64,000 nucleotides of DNA from Chlorobiota bacterium. Its GTDB lineage: Bacteria; Bacteroidota; Ignavibacteria; Tepidaquicellales; OLB5. Positions within the stretch are counted from its first letter, which is position 1, and every line of letters begins with the position of its first letter. The DNA lies in assembly GCA_022616535.1 (NCBI GenBank), contig JAKEEM010000016.1, forward strand, positions 1,683 to 65,682, given 5' to 3'. Positions 27,422 to 36,121 of this stretch are shown here, in pieces. The notes beneath the pieces were generated by a model. That model made no database searches, was not told where the DNA came from, and worked only from the letters and a program-made list of their open reading frames with translations. The position numbers and the translations under genes were made by a program.

Positions 27422-30400
27422 ATGGCATTAACCAAAAAATTAATGAGGTCAAAAAATCAGCTTTTCCGAGTAATATTAGTCATTTTTCCCTTATTGCTGA
27501 GTATAAATTCATATGCACAATTTGGACAGAATAAAGTCCAATACAAGGTATTTGACTGGAAATTCATACAGTCCAGGCACTTCGATATTTACTTCTCCCA
27601 GAATGGAGAATATATAGCTCAATTCACCGCCCTTGCTGCGGAAAGCTCTCTGGTTAGTCTTCAGAATAATATTGGTTATGATATAAAAAACAGAATTCCG
27701 ATAATTGTTTTTAATTCTCATAATGAGTTTCAGCAGAACAATGCAGTCGACGAATATCTCCCCGAAGGCGTCGGCGGTGTAACCGAACTTTTTAAAAACA
27801 GGATAGTAATACCTTTTGAGGGTGATTACTCAAAATTCCGACACGTAATACATCACGAAATGCTGCACGCATATATGAATGATATGTATTACGGCGGCTC
27901 ACTGCAGAATATTATATCACAAAACATACGGCTTCAGTTCCCGACTTGGTTCAGCGAGGGCATGGCTGAATACCAGTCCTTAAGCGGCAACGACAAAGAT
28001 AACGATATGTTCATTAGAGACGCCGTGATTTACGATTACCTTCCCCCGATTGATTATATAAACGGATATTTGTCATACCGCGGGGGGCAAAGCTTTTTTG
28101 CATGGCTAGCGGATGAATACGGTGAAGAAAAAATCGGTGACCTTATGCACCAAATCAAAGCAGTCGGCGATGTATATGACGGGTTTTATGACGTATACAA
28201 AAAGGATTTGGACGAGCTTAGTGAAAAATGGCACAAATCTTTAAAACAGACCTATTGGCCCGACATAAACACAAGGCAGGAGCTTAGTGACTTTGCAATT
28301 CGTTTAACCAATTCAAGAAAAGGAGACGGATTTTATAATGTTGCGCCCTCAATCTCCCCAAAAGGAGATAAAATTGTTTATATATCCAACAGGGATGATT
28401 ATTTCGATGTCTACATTGCAGATGTAAAATCAAAAAGGATTATAAAAAAGCTAATCAGCGGCAACACTACTGCTGATTTCGAAGAGCTGCACCTCCTTGC
28501 ACCTGGTTTGTGCTGGTCTCCAAACGGGAGGAAAATCGCAATTTCGGTTAAAAGCGGAGATAAGGACGCTGTTTATATAATCGACGCTGAAAGCGAAGAT
28601 GAAACTGAGCTCCCCATCAGATTCGACGGAATTTTTTCGGTTAACTGGAACCCGAATAACAACTCGCTCGTAATGCGCGGGGATAACTCAAAACAGTCCG
28701 ATATCTGGGTGTATGATTTAAAAACTAAAAAGCTCGAACAAATAACCAACGATTTATTCTCGGACTTAGAACCGAGCTGGTCTAATGACGGGAAAAAGAT
28801 ATACTTTACTTCAGACAGAGGAAATTATACTGATTTAAACAATATCCCTCACGATTTCGATATGGCAGATTATGGCCATTCAGAAAAAGACTTGTATGTT
28901 TATGATATAGATACAAGAACTTTAAAAAAATTCACCGACAAGAAATACACTAATGAATCGAATGTGGTTATCTCTCCGGACGGAAAAAAGGTTTTATATA
29001 TTTCTGATAGGAACGGAATAAATAACATCTGGCTTAGAGACCTTGAAACAAACGAAGAAAAACCAATAACAAACTCAATCGACCCAATTAGCCAAATCTC
29101 GCTTTCCGGCGACGGGAAACGCCTGGCTTTTACAGCACTAAATAAAGGCGGCTACGATATTTTTTATCTGGAAAACCCGTTTGAAATTGACTTAAAGATT
29201 AAAGAACTGCCCAATACAGTATTTGTTCAAGCGATGCTGGATAAAAAGTCAAAAGAATTAACGGATAAATTAGATTCAAACGAAAAAGCCGATCAAAGCG
29301 AAGTTAAATCCGATAGTTTATCACAGGAAACAGAAAATATTAATCCCTCTGAAAGCAGCGACAGCAACCGAACAGTGATTACGGATGATAACAGCGGAGA
29401 TAAAAACTATTCAGTTTACGGTGAAAACATAGGGATTGATTTAAAACCCGGCTCGCAGGACTCTGCTAAAAAACTTGCCTCAAACAATGTTAAGCTGAAG
29501 GAAAAGAAGGTCAAATCGCAGTTCAGGCTGACTGATAATGTGAACGATGACGGAAGCTTCAAGGTCAACAAATACAAAATAAAGTTTTCCCCCGATATAA
29601 TCTACAGCAACGTTAATTACAGCAGTTTTTACGGTGTGCAGGGTATCGCCCAGATGGCATTCAGCGACGTACTCGGAAACCACAGAATCTACGTTGCAAC
29701 AAGTCTCGTGCTTGACCTTAAAAACAGCGACTACGCATTCGCATACTACTACCTACCTAAACGGATTGACTACGGAATTGAGGCATATCACTCAGCAAGA
29801 TTCCTTTTGCTTGGCAGCTCATTTTCTACCGCCCAGCTTTACAGATACAGGCAGTTTGGCCTTAACGTTAATATGTCATATCCGCTCAGCAGATTTAACC
29901 GGATTGACGGAGCACTGGCATTCAGCAGGCTCTCAAAAGAAAATCTTGATAATCCTCTTGAACCAACGGAAAAACTTGATTTTGTGCTGCCAATTGCAAG
30001 CTACGTTCACGACAACACTTTATTCGGCTACACAGCACCAGTAAGGGGAACGCGGTACAACATTACAATGCTCGGAACTCCAAAGATAGGCTCTAACGGT
30101 GTAGAGTTTTTCAGCACAATACTGGATTACAGAACATATTTTAAATTAGTCGAAGATTACAATTTTGTATGGCGTCTTAACGGCGGTTTCAGCGTAGGCA
30201 GAAATCCCCAGCGTTTTTATCTCGGCGGAACAGAGAACTGGATTAATTACTCGATTGAAAACGACGAGCTTCCGATAGAGGAAATTAAAGATTTTGCTTT
30301 TTCAACCCCAGTTCTGCCTCTAAGAGGATTCAACTACAACGTTCGCTCAGGCTCAAAATTTTTGTTAATGAATAATGAATTCCGCTTCCCGCTGTTCAGA

Positions 30401-30673
30401 TATCTTGTACTCGGCGCGCTTCCGTTTGCTTTTCAGAACATCCAGGGTGTAGCATTTATGGATTTGGGAACGGTCTGGACGGATAACAAAAAGCTGCAGC
30501 TTTTCCAGAGAACAAGCCAAGGTGTACAAACTAAAGATTTGTTAATGGGTATTGGTGTAGGAACAAGAATATTTCTGCTGTACTTTCCGCTAAAATTTGA
30601 TGTTGCGTGGTCATATAACTTCAAAACATTCTCAAAACCGACTTATTATTTATCAATAGGGGCTGATTTCTAA
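27422..30673 (+). CDS. Omp85/BamA-family barrel with N-terminal zinc-peptidase domain and PD40 beta-propeller
   Basis: Signal peptide; HEMLH plus EGMAEY; SPKGDKI, WSPNGRKI, WSNDGKKI and SPDGKKV repeats; LRGF motif; C-terminal YYLSIGADF. Confidence 0.85.
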   Translation: MALTKKLMRSKNQLFRVILVIFPLLLSINSYAQFGQNKVQYKVFDWKFIQSRHFDIYFSQNGEYIAQFTALAAESSLVSLQNNIGYDIKNRIPIIVFNSHNEFQQNNAVDEYLPEGVGGVTELFKNRIVIPFEGDYSKFRHVIHHEMLHAYMNDMYYGGSLQNIISQNIRLQFPTWFSEGMAEYQSLSGNDKDNDMFIRDAVIYDYLPPIDYINGYLSYRGGQSFFAWLADEYGEEKIGDLMHQIKAVGDVYDGFYDVYKKDLDELSEKWHKSLKQTYWPDINTRQELSDFAIRLTNSRKGDGFYNVAPSISPKGDKIVYISNRDDYFDVYIADVKSKRIIKKLISGNTTADFEELHLLAPGLCWSPNGRKIAISVKSGDKDAVYIIDAESEDETELPIRFDGIFSVNWNPNNNSLVMRGDNSKQSDIWVYDLKTKKLEQITNDLFSDLEPSWSNDGKKIYFTSDRGNYTDLNNIPHDFDMADYGHSEKDLYVYDIDTRTLKKFTDKKYTNESNVVISPDGKKVLYISDRNGINNIWLRDLETNEEKPITNSIDPISQISLSGDGKRLAFTALNKGGYDIFYLENPFEIDLKIKELPNTVFVQAMLDKKSKELTDKLDSNEKADQSEVKSDSLSQETENINPSESSDSNRTVITDDNSGDKNYSVYGENIGIDLKPGSQDSAKKLASNNVKLKEKKVKSQFRLTDNVNDDGSFKVNKYKIKFSPDIIYSNVNYSSFYGVQGIAQMAFSDVLGNHRIYVATSLVLDLKNSDYAFAYYYLPKRIDYGIEAYHSARFLLLGSSFSTAQLYRYRQFGLNVNMSYPLSRFNRIDGALAFSRLSKENLDNPLEPTEKLDFVLPIASYVHDNTLFGYTAPVRGTRYNITMLGTPKIGSNGVEFFSTILDYRTYFKLVEDYNFVWRLNGGFSVGRNPQRFYLGGTENWINYSIENDELPIEEIKDFAFSTPVLPLRGFNYNVRSGSKFLLMNNEFRFPLFRYLVLGALPFAFQNIQGVAFMDLGTVWTDNKKLQLFQRTSQGVQTKDLLMGIGVGTRIFLLYFPLKFDVAWSYNFKTFSKPTYYLSIGADF

Positions 30674-30694
30674 GCAGCAAATTTGTTAGTAACT

Positions 30695-30722
30695 AAAAAG
30701 GAGCTTAAAGGCTCCTTTTTTT
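30695..30722 (+). terminator. rho-independent terminator
   Basis: AAAAAGGAGC-TTAAAG-GCTCCTTTTTTT. Confidence 0.85.
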
Positions 30723-30799
30723 GTGGACTATAAACTATATATAAGAACAAATTGAGTTTAACTATAATTTTTATTCTTTTTAAAAATGTAAAAAATTAT

Positions 30800-30807
30800 T
30801 AAATTTG
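30800..30807 (+). promoter_or_regulatory. -7 promoter element TAAATTTG for tRNA-Phe
   Basis: TAnnTTTG match 14 nt upstream of the tRNA 5' end. Confidence 0.6.
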
Positions 30808-30821
30808 CAGATATTTTTAGG

Positions 30822-30894
30822 GGACAGGTAGCTCAGTTGGTAGAGCAACGGCCTGAAAAGCCGTGTGTCGCCGGTTCGATTCCGGCCCTGTCCA
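30822..30894 (+). tRNA. trnF: tRNA-Phe (GAA), CCA not encoded
   Basis: Acceptor GGACAGG/CCTGTCC plus A73; D arm GCTC/GAGC; anticodon stem ACGGC/GCCGT with loop CTGAAAA; T arm GCCGG-TTCGATT-CCGGC. Confidence 0.97.
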
Positions 30895-30898
30895 CAAA

Positions 30899-31132
30899 AT
30901 GAAGCAAAAAATTGCAAATACTTATACCGCGGTTTTCGTCAAAGATGGCGATATGTATGCTGCATATGCGGAAGAGCTCCCGGGAGCCAATTCTCAAGGT
31001 AAAACTATAGATGAAGCCAGAGAAAACCTTAAAGAAGCCATTAGCTTGATCATTGAAGCAAATAAAGAGCTTTCCAGAAAATCCGTAAGTAGAAGAAAAC
31101 TTCTTCGGGAGAAAATTCTGGTTAGTCTTTGA
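30899..31132 (+). CDS. hicB: HicB-family antitoxin (short, no obvious DNA-binding domain)
   Basis: YAAYAEELPGANSQGKTIDEARENLKEAI motif. ATG at 30899; the ORF-track start lies inside the tRNA. Confidence 0.88.
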   Translation: MKQKIANTYTAVFVKDGDMYAAYAEELPGANSQGKTIDEARENLKEAISLIIEANKELSRKSVSRRKLLREKILVSL

Positions 31133-31317
31133 AACGAAAAGATTTTATAAAGCTAATCGAAAAACAGGGATGTAAATTTTTAAGAGAAGGCGGAAATCAT
31201 ACAATTTATTATAACCCTTTAGGGAACAAAACTTCTGCAATACCAAGACATCGAGAGATAGGGGATTTTTTATGCAGAAAAATATGTAAAGACCTTTCTA
31301 TTATCTTCAAGAAATAA
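31129..31317 (+). CDS. hicA: HicA-family mRNase toxin
   Basis: LREGGNHTIY and IPRHREI motifs; 4-nt overlap with hicB. Confidence 0.9.
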   Translation: MKRKDFIKLIEKQGCKFLREGGNHTIYYNPLGNKTSAIPRHREIGDFLCRKICKDLSIIFKK

Positions 31318-31375
31318 CCTAATTCAAATTTCGATTGTTTCTTAAGCCAAGTATTGAGATTTTTGTAATAATTTT

Positions 31376-33703
31376 TTGGCTAAAGACACACAAATAGCAA
31401 AAGTCGAAAAAAGAAAGGTTGAGCTTTCCAACCTCAGTAAAGTTCTATACCCCGATGATGATATTGTCAAAGCGCAGGTAATTGAGTATTACCTCAAAAT
31501 TGCACCCACGATTTTAAACCACATAAAAGGCAGGCCTCTATCTCTAGTACGCTTTCCCGACGGAATTTACGGCGAGCAGTTCTTCCAGAAAAACAGACCT
31601 GACTGGGCACCCGAATGGATTGAATACGAAACTCTTGGCAGCGAGGATAAGAAAGATTACATTATCGCAACGGAGGAAGCATCACTGGTATGGCTCGCAA
31701 ATCTTGCCTGCCTTGAGCTTCACCAGATGCATTCAAAAAAACCGAATTACGACAAACCCGATTACATGGTGTTTGACCTCGACCCGCCGGAAGGATTTAA
31801 ATTCGCGGACATTATTGACATTGCGCTTGAACTCAAACCACACCTCGAAAATCACGGCTATCACCCTTTTGCAAAAACTACCGGGGGAAAAGGAATCCAC
31901 GTTGTTGTGCCCATTGAGCAAAAATGGGATTTCCATAAAGTATTTGAAACAGCACAGTTAATAGCAAAACCGTTTGTGGACGAGCGTTCGAAAACTTTAA
32001 CGCTGCAAATAAAAAAAGATGCACGCAAAGGGAGGGTGCTGATCGATATATACAGAATAAGGCAGGGACAATCGATAATTTCGCCTTACAGTCTGAGAGG
32101 AAGAAAAGGGGCACCTGTTTCAATGCCGCTTAAATGGGAACAACTGGAGGATCTAACAAGTCCAACTGAATACAATTTAATTAACGTTCCAGACATCGTA
32201 AAAAATGAAGGCGATGCGTGGGAAGGAATCTCAGCGTACTCAGTCGAGCTCCACACGGAGCGGAGGTCAAAAGCAAAACCACCAAAGAAAACACTAAAGC
32301 CATCAAAAAAATACAAAACACCCGAACAGCTTGAAAAATACTCCAAAAAAAGGGATTTTGCAAAAACCCCCGAACCCGGGTGGGAGATAATTGAGGGCAA
32401 AGGCAGTTCGTTTGTAATTCACCGCCACCACGCATCACGTCTGCATTATGACCTTCGCCTGGAGAAAGACGGTGTATTAAAATCCTGGGCTGTTCCAAAA
32501 GGTCTCCCCCCTTCTCCGGGGGTAAAAAGACTGGCGGTGCAGACCGAAGACCATCCAATGGAATACCTTAAATTCGAAGGGAAAATACCAAAGGGACAAT
32601 ACGGCGGGGGTGATATGTGGGTCTATGCAGGCGGCAAATATGAAATCACAAAAGATAAAAAGGACGGGTTTTATTTCCGGCTGCACAGTCCAGCCGTTAG
32701 CGGCGAATACAGGATATACAAAATCAAGGAAAAGGACTGGCTTTTGGAACGTGTCGATAGACCGCAGGTCGATTGGATTCATGATTTGATTGAACCGATG
32801 CTTGCCCAGCCGAGAAAAGATATTCCTGTTTCGGATTCATTCATTTATGAAGTGAAATGGGACGGTATAAGGGTTATGGTGTCACTTGAGGATGATAAAA
32901 TCACGCTACGGAGCAGGAATAATCTCGATTTAACTGCAAAATTCCCCGAGCTTTTGAATGTGGAAAAATCATTCAGGGCAACTTGCGGGCTGTTTGACGG
33001 TGAGATAGTCTGCCTTGACGAAAAAGGCAGACCTGATTTTAAAGATGTAATTCACCGTATGCAGCGCTCCCACGAGGGAGAAATACAAAGGGCAATGAAG
33101 AAATATCCGGCTTATTGTTATCTGTTTGACATTCTTTATCTTGACGGAAGAGCGGTTGTTAATGAACCTCTGGGGCGCCGCCGCGACTGGCTCAAAGATG
33201 CTGTTAAAAAGGATTCATCATACAGAATAAGCGAAATTGTCGATGACGGCAAAGCATTATTTGCCGCTGCAGGTGAGCTGGGACTTGAAGGCATAATGGC
33301 AAAAGATAAAACCAGCAAATATTATCCCGGCAAAAGAACCGACACATGGTTTAAAATAAAAGTAAGACAAACAGCCGAAAGCCATATCATTGGATATACC
33401 AAAGGCAAAGGCGCAAGAGGTGAGCATTTCGGGGCACTGCACCTTGCTGATTATATCGACGGGGAGCTAGAATACAGAGGCAAAGTAGGAAGCGGTTTTG
33501 ATACGAATATCATTAAAGAAGTCTACGCAGAATTAAAAAAACTCAAAGAAATCAAAAAGCCAATTAGTGAAAAAGTCCTTGATGAAAGCCAGACTATATG
33601 GGTTGAACCGAAGCTTGTTTGCGAAATCGAGTATTCATCTATGACAAAAGACGGCGCATTTCGCGAGTCAGTATTTGTTCGGTTAAGACCTGATTTATAT
33701 TAA
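31376..33703 (+). CDS. ligD: NHEJ DNA ligase D, domain order POL-PE-LIG
   Basis: POL: LVRFPDG, FDLDP, KTTGGKGIH. PE: HHASRLHYDLRLE, SWAVPKG, TEDHP. LIG: YEVKWDGIR, EGIMAK, KIK, KVGSGF. Confidence 0.96.
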   Translation: MAKDTQIAKVEKRKVELSNLSKVLYPDDDIVKAQVIEYYLKIAPTILNHIKGRPLSLVRFPDGIYGEQFFQKNRPDWAPEWIEYETLGSEDKKDYIIATEEASLVWLANLACLELHQMHSKKPNYDKPDYMVFDLDPPEGFKFADIIDIALELKPHLENHGYHPFAKTTGGKGIHVVVPIEQKWDFHKVFETAQLIAKPFVDERSKTLTLQIKKDARKGRVLIDIYRIRQGQSIISPYSLRGRKGAPVSMPLKWEQLEDLTSPTEYNLINVPDIVKNEGDAWEGISAYSVELHTERRSKAKPPKKTLKPSKKYKTPEQLEKYSKKRDFAKTPEPGWEIIEGKGSSFVIHRHHASRLHYDLRLEKDGVLKSWAVPKGLPPSPGVKRLAVQTEDHPMEYLKFEGKIPKGQYGGGDMWVYAGGKYEITKDKKDGFYFRLHSPAVSGEYRIYKIKEKDWLLERVDRPQVDWIHDLIEPMLAQPRKDIPVSDSFIYEVKWDGIRVMVSLEDDKITLRSRNNLDLTAKFPELLNVEKSFRATCGLFDGEIVCLDEKGRPDFKDVIHRMQRSHEGEIQRAMKKYPAYCYLFDILYLDGRAVVNEPLGRRRDWLKDAVKKDSSYRISEIVDDGKALFAAAGELGLEGIMAKDKTSKYYPGKRTDTWFKIKVRQTAESHIIGYTKGKGARGEHFGALHLADYIDGELEYRGKVGSGFDTNIIKEVYAELKKLKEIKKPISEKVLDESQTIWVEPKLVCEIEYSSMTKDGAFRESVFVRLRPDLY

Positions 33704-33784
33704 AATATCTATGGCTAACGTGAGGATTAAAGTAATGCTTAAAAACTATCATCTAACCCTATTGGAACTTTAGAGATTATTAGT

Positions 33785-33792
33785 TAATTTTG
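33785..33792 (+). promoter_or_regulatory. -7 promoter element TAATTTTG upstream of ku
   Basis: TAnnTTTG match followed by an AGGAGG RBS and ATG at 33813. Confidence 0.55.
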
Positions 33793-33812
33793 AACAGGAA
33801 AAGGAGGTTATT

Positions 33813-34667
33813 ATGCGTCCAATATGGAAGGGACATATAAGGTTTTCACTGGTTACAATACCAATTTGCATTTATAACGCTATTGAGTCATCGGAAACTA
33901 TCAGCTTTAAGCAGCTTCATAAAGATGATAACGGTCCGATAGGCTATGATAAGCGCTGCAAGAAGTGCAGCAAGATTGTAAAAAACGAGGATATTGTTAA
34001 GGGTTACCAGTATGAGCCCGACCAGTTTGCAATCATTGAACCGGAGGACTTAGCCAAGCTCAAATTAAAAAGTACCAAGGTAATTGAAATTGAGGGATTC
34101 GTAGATTCTTCGGAAGTTCATCCAACACTTTACGATACACCCTACTACGCTGGACCCGACGGCGATGTTGCGGCAAAAACTTTCGCTCTTCTTTGCGCAA
34201 CGCTGGAAGACAGCGGCAAGCTCGGAATCGGGAAAGTCGTAATACGCGACAGGGAGAGCGTCGTTCTGCTTTCTCCCGAGAAAAACGGATTGCTGCTTTA
34301 TAAACTCAGATATCCGAACGAAGTAAGAAAAATATCCGAGGTTCCGAAATTAAACGGCCTGGCCGCAGATAAGCAGCAGCTTAAGCTTGCAAGAACGCTT
34401 GTCGATTCGATGGTGAAGCCGTTTTCGGAAATCAAGTTGAAGGATACTTATAAGGATGCTGTTAAAGAGCTGATTAAAGCTAAAATCGAAGGCAAGGAAA
34501 TTGTTACCTTGGAAGAGGAGGAAAAACCGGTTGTCGATATAATGACTGCTTTGAAGAAAAGCATAGATAACGCGAGCAAGCAAAAGAAGCCAATGAAGAA
34601 AGCAACGGGCACTAAGGCAGCTGAAGTTGTTAAGCCAGCTAAAGCAAAGAAAAGAAAAGCGTCATAA
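33813..34667 (+). CDS. ku: NHEJ DNA end-binding protein Ku
   Basis: MRPIWKGHIRFSLVTIP, VKGYQY, IEIEGFV and YDTPYY motifs; Lys-rich C-terminal tail. Confidence 0.96.
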   Translation: MRPIWKGHIRFSLVTIPICIYNAIESSETISFKQLHKDDNGPIGYDKRCKKCSKIVKNEDIVKGYQYEPDQFAIIEPEDLAKLKLKSTKVIEIEGFVDSSEVHPTLYDTPYYAGPDGDVAAKTFALLCATLEDSGKLGIGKVVIRDRESVVLLSPEKNGLLLYKLRYPNEVRKISEVPKLNGLAADKQQLKLARTLVDSMVKPFSEIKLKDTYKDAVKELIKAKIEGKEIVTLEEEEKPVVDIMTALKKSIDNASKQKKPMKKATGTKAAEVVKPAKAKKRKAS

Positions 34668-34675
34668 ATATATAG

Positions 34676-35284
34676 ATGGCAAATATAATAGAATTTCCCA
34701 TACAAAAGCCGCAGTCCGGGCTGAAGAGAGTAAGTAAAAGCTCTAGAGTTCAGCTTAAGCGAACAAACCAGCTTGATTTATTTTCTCAAAAGTCACCTGA
34801 GACGAATATTTTTGTTATGCCTTCAAGCCTCAGTCCCTTTGAGGAGGCATTAATGCTCGATGAAAAAGGCGACTCAGGAGCGAAAGAGGCTTACCAAAAT
34901 GCAGTTAACATGGAAGACTGCACTGCCGATGCATACTGCAATCTGGGAATACTGGAATATGAGTCGGGCAGCACAATAAAGGCAATCGATTGTTTCACCA
35001 AATCTCTTAAAACCGAACCGAGGCATTTCGAATCGCATTATAACCTTGCAAACCTTTATTCAGAACTCGGCAATCTGCCACTTGCCAAAACGCACTATGA
35101 ATTTGCACGTGAGCTTCAGCCGGATTTTCCGGACATTTGCTTTAATTTAGGACTTGTTTATGCAATGACAAGAGATTTTGAATCGGCTTTGAGAATACTT
35201 TCTGAATATAAGGAAATGGTGACTCCCGAAGAAAGCGAAAACGCTGATAAACTTATTGAAAGCATTAAAAAGCTGACTGGCTAA
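34676..35284 (+). CDS. TPR protein with N-terminal disordered region containing QLDLF
   Basis: ADAYCNLG, ESHYNLANLY and DICFNLGLVY TPR units; starts 8 nt after the ku stop. Confidence 0.85.
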   Translation: MANIIEFPIQKPQSGLKRVSKSSRVQLKRTNQLDLFSQKSPETNIFVMPSSLSPFEEALMLDEKGDSGAKEAYQNAVNMEDCTADAYCNLGILEYESGSTIKAIDCFTKSLKTEPRHFESHYNLANLYSELGNLPLAKTHYEFARELQPDFPDICFNLGLVYAMTRDFESALRILSEYKEMVTPEESENADKLIESIKKLTG

Positions 35285-35966
35285 TCAAAGCTTCCATCCA
35301 TCGTTTTATTTCCTTACAAATTAATTCAATAACTTCGCTGTCAGTTATCTTATTATCTTTTGGCACGTGAAACGAGTGGTCCGCTCCTTCGATTATAAAT
35401 AACTCCGCTTTTTTGCCTAGTTTCTTGATTACGGGCTTAAGCAAATCAAGTGAAGCAAGTGAGTCCCTTGTCCCTTGCAGAAATAACATCGGAATGTTCA
35501 CTTTGTAAAGATGCTCCGCCCTTTCGTTTGAGGGTTTACCCGGCGCGTGAAGCGGAAATCCGAAGAAAATAATTCCTTTCATATTTTCAATCATACCCTC
35601 CGATGCTACCGTAGATGTCATCCTCCCTCCAAATGATTTACCTCCCGCAAACAATGGCAGCTTTGGGCAAAGTGCAGATGCTTTATCCACAGCAGTGCTT
35701 ATTGCTGCAAAGCAAACCGGCTTGGGGTCAGGGACTTTCTTTCCTTTTTCCATATAAGGGAAATTAAATCTTAATGTGGCAATCCCCTGCTCAGTAAGCA
35801 TTAGAGCCGCTTGCTCCATAAATTTATTTTTCATTCCAGCACCGGCACCGTGAGCAAATACAAGGGCTTGTTCGGCTTTTGAAGGGAGGTAAAATAAAGC
35901 ACTTACATCCCCTATACTTTTGGATACTTTAATACGCAATGATTTTTTGGCTAATCCTCTACCCAT
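35265..35966 (-). CDS. alpha/beta hydrolase (KANL3/Tex30-like)
   Basis: AHGAGAG, GGKSFGG (nucleophile Ser), QGTRD and GADHSF motifs. Confidence 0.88.
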   Translation of the reverse strand: MGRGLAKKSLRIKVSKSIGDVSALFYLPSKAEQALVFAHGAGAGMKNKFMEQAALMLTEQGIATLRFNFPYMEKGKKVPDPKPVCFAAISTAVDKASALCPKLPLFAGGKSFGGRMTSTVASEGMIENMKGIIFFGFPLHAPGKPSNERAEHLYKVNIPMLFLQGTRDSLASLDLLKPVIKKLGKKAELFIIEGADHSFHVPKDNKITDSEVIELICKEIKRWMEALISQSAF

Positions 35967-36081
35967 ACCAACGGCAAATTATTATTAAAAAATTGAACGA
36001 AAAAGGATATAAAATATTAAAATTGAAAATGCCAATTTTATGAAACTTCTTATTAAATCACCCTGTTACAGCACTTACAAA

Positions 36082-36117
36082 GGGTATTGTAATACCCAAG
36101 AAATAGTCGTAATTTTG
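36082..36117 (+). promoter_or_regulatory. promoter of the copper cluster with palindromic operator candidate
   Basis: GGGTATT-GT-AATACCC (36082-36097) overlaps the predicted -33 position, 20 nt before TAATTTTG (36110-36117). Confidence 0.55.
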
Positions 36118-36121
36118 AATT

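Noticed and set aside
30863-30898. ORF-track N-terminal extension of hicB
   Set aside because: The start lies within the tRNA-Phe T arm; ATG 30899 fits the family length.
33711-33773. 20-codon ORF MANVRIKVMLKNYHLTLLEL between ligD and ku, in frame with ku and vaguely like the ribosomal protein S10 N-terminus
   Set aside because: Too short for significance, no RBS, and no downstream S10 motifs in any frame. In-frame position has a 1-in-3 chance.
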